Source: Candidatus Geocrenenecus huangii (GTDB lineage: Archaea > Thermoproteota > Nitrososphaeria_A > Caldarchaeales > Wolframiiraptoraceae). Taken from it: a stretch of 41,716 nt of DNA. The notes under the pieces were generated by a model that worked only from the letters and a program-made list of their open reading frames with translations, searched no databases and was not told the origin of the DNA. This document shows, one piece after another, positions 37,819 through 41,716 of this stretch. Numbering within the stretch: position 1 is the stretch's first letter; every line of letters starts with the position of its first letter. A program made the translations under genes and the position numbers. The stretch is from positions 1 through 41,716 of the forward strand of contig JALNLM010000012.1 of NCBI GenBank assembly GCA_023254095.1, given 5' to 3'.

Positions 37819-38766
37819 CTATTCCGGAGCTCCTCTTCTCATAATATCTCTGAGAGGACCATGAATGGCTAAGATGGTTTTCCACTCTTCTTCATCATAG
37901 AATCTAACCTTACCTTTACCAAACTGCTTAGCGACTTCTACAATAAATCTAGTAGCGTTTTCTAAACTGATGAAGTTAGTTACTCCTGTTACTGAGCCTG
38001 GCACAACCATTCTTGTAGTTATGGCAACTCCTACAACAGGTGCTTTTGTATAGAGCCAAGGCTGCATCATACTATTCAGATGATAGACGCTAGTTGAATA
38101 TGGCAATATATCTTGCATTGTTATAGGAACTATAACAGGTGGCTCCCCTGTTACTCTAATATATATGTCGATAAGCTCTTCACTAACTTTAAGTATCCAA
38201 CCTTCTTTAACTGTTGGAGTTATAGCGAATCCTGTATGGTTGACTACTAAATTTGCTTTAGTTGCATCAACTGAAAGAACCGCATCCATATCTGCAGATA
38301 CTTCTTTCTTTAAAAGAGTGAAGATATTAATAGGAGAGTCCATCATTGGTGCTGGTTTATGAGGTCTTATCGGGGCATTGGGACATATATGTGTTGTTAT
38401 TTTTATATCTCCTAAGATTATTTCTCCTCTATTCTTCATTTCAGCAATCTTATATCCAGCAGCTAGTGCTACTATGGCACCATCTGCATCTGAGACAAGT
38501 CCAACCTCACTCGGTCTAGCTCCTATTCCTCCTAACCTCCCAACTATACCTAAAGTCTGAGCGTCACCACCAGAAATCTTTCCATTAGCTCCTGGGATAG
38601 TGATGGTCATAAAATCTGTAAAACTTTTTTCACTCCTAATAGTTTCAACTTCTATCGAAAAATCTTTAAGACCTCGACTTATAAAGAACCTTCTTATTTT
38701 CTCACCACTAACACTAGGGTCGTCTAGCAAATCTATGATTTCTGAAACATGTTTCAGAGTTGACAT
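37819..38766 (-). CDS. DUF1177-family protein
   Basis: GRLGGIGARP, VSDADGA, LSVDATK.N, TPTVKEGWIL, HLNS..QP. Confidence 0.88.
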   Translation of the reverse strand: MSTLKHVSEIIDLLDDPSVSGEKIRRFFISRGLKDFSIEVETIRSEKSFTDFMTITIPGANGKISGGDAQTLGIVGRLGGIGARPSEVGLVSDADGAIVALAAGYKIAEMKNRGEIILGDIKITTHICPNAPIRPHKPAPMMDSPINIFTLLKKEVSADMDAVLSVDATKANLVVNHTGFAITPTVKEGWILKVSEELIDIYIRVTGEPPVIVPITMQDILPYSTSVYHLNSMMQPWLYTKAPVVGVAITTRMVVPGSVTGVTNFISLENATRFIVEVAKQFGKGKVRFYDEEEWKTILAIHGPLRDIMRRGAPE

Positions 38767-38796
38767 AACTATACCCTTTTTTCCTAGACCCTGAAA

Positions 38797-38812
38797 GATA
38801 TAAAAACCTTTC
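38797..38812 (-). promoter_or_regulatory. BRE/TATA promoter for the DUF1177-racemase-DUF917 unit
   Basis: Minus strand GAAAGGTTTTTATATC about 30 nt upstream of the ATG at 38766. Confidence 0.6.
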
Positions 38813-38848
38813 TAAAAATAAAAATAATTTAGTGAAATAAAGAGAAAT

Positions 38849-40771
38849 CTAGGTTTTTGGTTTCCTCGCTCTTCGGATAGCGAACAATATGGAGCCAACA
38901 ACGATTACAACTGCGACCGCAACCACTGCATAAACCCATTCAGGAACTACTGGAACTTCTACCGGCATTATCGTTGGCTGTGTAGTAACAATAGTTGTTA
39001 CCTCAGGTCTAACCATGGTAGACACGACCGTTGTACCTGGTTTAACCAATGTGGTTACTTCAGTTTTCTCTATGGTCTTCTCAACAGTAATAATTTCCGT
39101 TCTTATAGGTGCTTTCACCCAATAGATCTTTTCTAAGTTTAGGTATCCTGTACCCATTCCATGCTCCCATGCTCCAAGATCAAACTCATCGCTAAAATCG
39201 AGATTAACTGCAGCAATGAATGTTCTTGAACAAGTCCATACGGCTGGTTGATCTTCTACTAAGATCTTTAAAGCCTGTCTTACAAGCTCAGCCTCTTTCT
39301 CTTTATTGATCTCGTACTCAGCCTTAAAGATTAATTCATTAAACTCTGGATTGTTATAACCCATAGCATTTGACCATGAGGCTCTCACGATCCCTCTTTC
39401 AGTATAGTATCGGATGAAATATGTTGGACCTGGACCATGAACGAATGGGAAGATGCTCATATCGAAGTCCCAGTTCTTAAATACTCTTTCATGCCATGCT
39501 GCAGTATCTAATGCTACAATCTCAACGACAATACCGACTTGTGCTAGGAAATCTCTTATGAGCTCCGCTTCTTTAAGATAGAATGGATAGGAAACAGAAT
39601 CTATCATGAGTCTTATCTTAAACCTAGTACCATCAGAACCACGTGGATAACCTGCTTCATCTAATAGTTTCTCTGCAAGTGCTGGGTCATAAGCCGGCTG
39701 ATTCACGCCTGGATTGTAACGAGCTACCGCTGGTGCGGAGGACACAACTGTATCCAGTGCCTCAACCCTATTGAAGTATACTACTTCAGCTATTTTCTTA
39801 CGATCTATTGCTGCAGCAATAGCTTTCCTGACTCTTACATCCTTTAGCGGAGCAGGTCCCTCAGGATGTAGATTGAATCCCACGACATCGAGAGAGCCTC
39901 CAGGACTTGGGAAGAACCATACTCTCTTCCCAACTAATTGTCCGAGGCCTATCTTCTCTTGTAAGCTAACAGCATCTGACATTGCTAACCCATAAGTCCA
40001 TATAAAGTCCACTTCACCTTTCTCGAAAGCTAGTGTTAGTGCTGGTGAAGTCTTTATTATCTTGTAGATTATCCTATCTAGATACGGTAAGCCTTTTTTC
40101 CAGTATTTTTCATTTCTTTCTAAGAGTATATATTCACCCTTCTTCCATTCTTTGAATTTGAATGGCCCTGTACCAATTGGTCTAGTATTGTATGGATTAT
40201 TAGCGATGTCGGTACCTTCATATAAATGCTTTGGACTAATATTTATTCCAGAACCGCCAAAATAGCCCGGATAGAATGCAGGAGCCCATGTAGTATTAAA
40301 TCTAAATATAACAGTATAGTCGTCAGGTGTTTCAACAGCCTTCACATATGTTTTCATCATAGCGGCTACAAAACTATTAAATACTGGTGCAACCTGCTCA
40401 TAAGTGAATTTTACGTCTGCAGATGTAAATGGTTTACCATCATGCCATGTTGCATTTCTAACCAAGTGGAAGATGATAGTCATGCCACCATCAGGTTCTT
40501 TAATTATCTCCCAAGATTCTGCTAATTCAGGTCTCCATTCTAATGTTTCTGGGTCAAAGCTAACTAGGGAATTACCTATTTGACGGACTACTTGATAGAA
40601 TACCCATGTTGGAGGACCACTCAGAGCTAGATGAGGTGGTTCTGAACTTAGACCAACCATGAGCGTTCCACCATATCTCGGCTGAGCTTCTAACACTGGT
40701 ACGCTAGAGACGAACACTAGCATTATTGACAGGATTACTGATGCGAAGATAACCTGAATTTCCTTTCTCAT
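38849..40771 (-). CDS. Family-5 ABC substrate-binding protein with signal peptide, Thr/Val-rich linker and C-terminal TM anchor
   Basis: LAESW, WHDGKPFTSADV, PIGTGPF, DVRVRKAI, LLDEAG; hydrophobic tail ending RRARKPKT. Confidence 0.93.
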   Translation of the reverse strand: MRKEIQVIFASVILSIMLVFVSSVPVLEAQPRYGGTLMVGLSSEPPHLALSGPPTWVFYQVVRQIGNSLVSFDPETLEWRPELAESWEIIKEPDGGMTIIFHLVRNATWHDGKPFTSADVKFTYEQVAPVFNSFVAAMMKTYVKAVETPDDYTVIFRFNTTWAPAFYPGYFGGSGINISPKHLYEGTDIANNPYNTRPIGTGPFKFKEWKKGEYILLERNEKYWKKGLPYLDRIIYKIIKTSPALTLAFEKGEVDFIWTYGLAMSDAVSLQEKIGLGQLVGKRVWFFPSPGGSLDVVGFNLHPEGPAPLKDVRVRKAIAAAIDRKKIAEVVYFNRVEALDTVVSSAPAVARYNPGVNQPAYDPALAEKLLDEAGYPRGSDGTRFKIRLMIDSVSYPFYLKEAELIRDFLAQVGIVVEIVALDTAAWHERVFKNWDFDMSIFPFVHGPGPTYFIRYYTERGIVRASWSNAMGYNNPEFNELIFKAEYEINKEKEAELVRQALKILVEDQPAVWTCSRTFIAAVNLDFSDEFDLGAWEHGMGTGYLNLEKIYWVKAPIRTEIITVEKTIEKTEVTTLVKPGTTVVSTMVRPEVTTIVTTQPTIMPVEVPVVPEWVYAVVAVAVVIVVGSILFAIRRARKPKT

Positions 40772-41498
40772 TTTTCAATTCACATCATTTATCAACTTAT
40801 TAACTTTATTTAAGTATTTCTATCAAATTCAAATACAGCTAAGACGAAAAAGGAAAGATGCCATCAATATAATCAAACTCGTCGAAATCATTTTTAAAAT
40901 CCTACTATTGATATAGGACCTGTTTCTTAATATTTTCCTTTTAAGATTTATGAAAATTTTGATTAATGCCACAAAAAGTATTTTCTAATAAACTTTAAGA
41001 TAATTCATCTCCAAATATGATACTTAATGGACTGAGTCGGTTATTTAAACTTCTTTTTAAATTTTAATTTCCTCAGTTGCTTCAACGCCTAGTTTCGAGA
41101 TGATCTTCGAATCTATCCATCCAAAAATAATTAAGTTTTCTGGAAATATCTTCTCCTATCTTATCAACAACTATTACAAACTTCCACAATTGCAGATTAC
41201 TTCATGAGGAAATCATCTAGCCATTTCTATAAATGACTTCGAGACTTTAAAAGATATCTCTTCATCTCCATATTTACGAATATCTTCTTCTCGATTATTT
41301 CTAATACTCTTTAAGAAATTAAAGTTATTTTCTATAGCTCTATTCGTTTTAACCCTTACTCATAGGTTTAATAAGAGTCTCTGTAAACCACGAGGATGAG
41401 AAGGAACTATTCTGGGAACCTACGACGCACTTAACTCTATTTGTAGAACAGCGTAAAGATAAGGAGATACATATATAGATGTTGTTCCTCTTTAATTA

Positions 41499-41716
41499 GG
41501 CTCTGTTAACTTAAGGCTTTTGGCCTAGGGCTGCGGTTGTTTTCTTATGTTCTTGAGGGTAAGGACACCTTTTCCAGTGGTTCTCTACGGCCTTTACCTA
41601 GTAGCCCTAGGCCTAAGCTTTAGATGTGTCTCAAGGGTTCTTAAGCCTTTCGTAGATAGGAGTCATGTGGCTGTCTGGGGCTGGGTTCAGAGGCTCCCAG
41701 GATTCAGAAAGTTCTT
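41499..41716 (+). mobile_element. Left end of an IS6-family insertion sequence, truncated by the window
   Basis: GGCTCTGTT start resembles IS6-family terminal inverted repeats; abrupt GC rise; transposase ORF follows. Confidence 0.8.
41547..41716 (+). CDS. IS6-family transposase, N-terminal part
   Basis: MFLRVRTPFPVVLYGLYLVALGLSFRCVSRVLKPFVDRSHVAVWGWVQR: archaeal IS6 HTH signature GLSxR..SHVAVWxWVQ. Confidence 0.8.
   Translation, partial: MFLRVRTPFPVVLYGLYLVALGLSFRCVSRVLKPFVDRSHVAVWGWVQRLPGFRKF

Noticed and set aside
1143-40525. Numerous short ORF-track entries antisense to or nested in well-supported genes (e.g. 2417..2956, 7858..8304, 29133..29552, 36238..36705)
   Set aside because: Shadow ORFs with Ser/Ile/Leu-rich antisense composition and no motifs
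41040-41365. Broken minus-strand frames next to the IS6 end
   Set aside because: May be a pseudogene, but no family could be recognised

Overview
Archaeal chromosomal DNA. It carries rpl15e, aIF-1A, Rio1/Dim2, RNase P Rpp30/Pop5, A-type ATPase D, an intron-containing tRNA-His and BRE/TATA promoters. By inference it comes from a thermophilic Thermoproteota member near Aigarchaeota/Nitrososphaeria. The window opens on the end of a CRISPR array (24-bp repeat GAATCTCATAAAGAGAATTGAAAG) with no cas genes in view. About 30 kb of housekeeping genes follow, with unusually fragmented operons. The window ends with an AT-richer ~11-kb catabolic cluster (Opp/Dpp ABC transporter, DUF1177, hydantoin-racemase-like, DUF917, AroM, M29-fold protein) and the start of an IS6 element. 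The most notable observations are: (1) a solitary, inverted, 23/24 copy of the CRISPR repeat at 10011-10034, joined within 1 nt to an IS6-transposase-like fragment, with tatA paralogues beside both repeat loci; (2) the uncharacterised DUF917/DUF1177/AroM/racemase uptake-and-catabolism module; (3) a C/D-box sRNA candidate between two tandem uncharacterised nucleotidyltransferases; (4) a TatC with a zinc ribbon, and an unannotated 46-aa ORF overlapping the end of atpD. All protein family calls come from motif recognition, not database searches.
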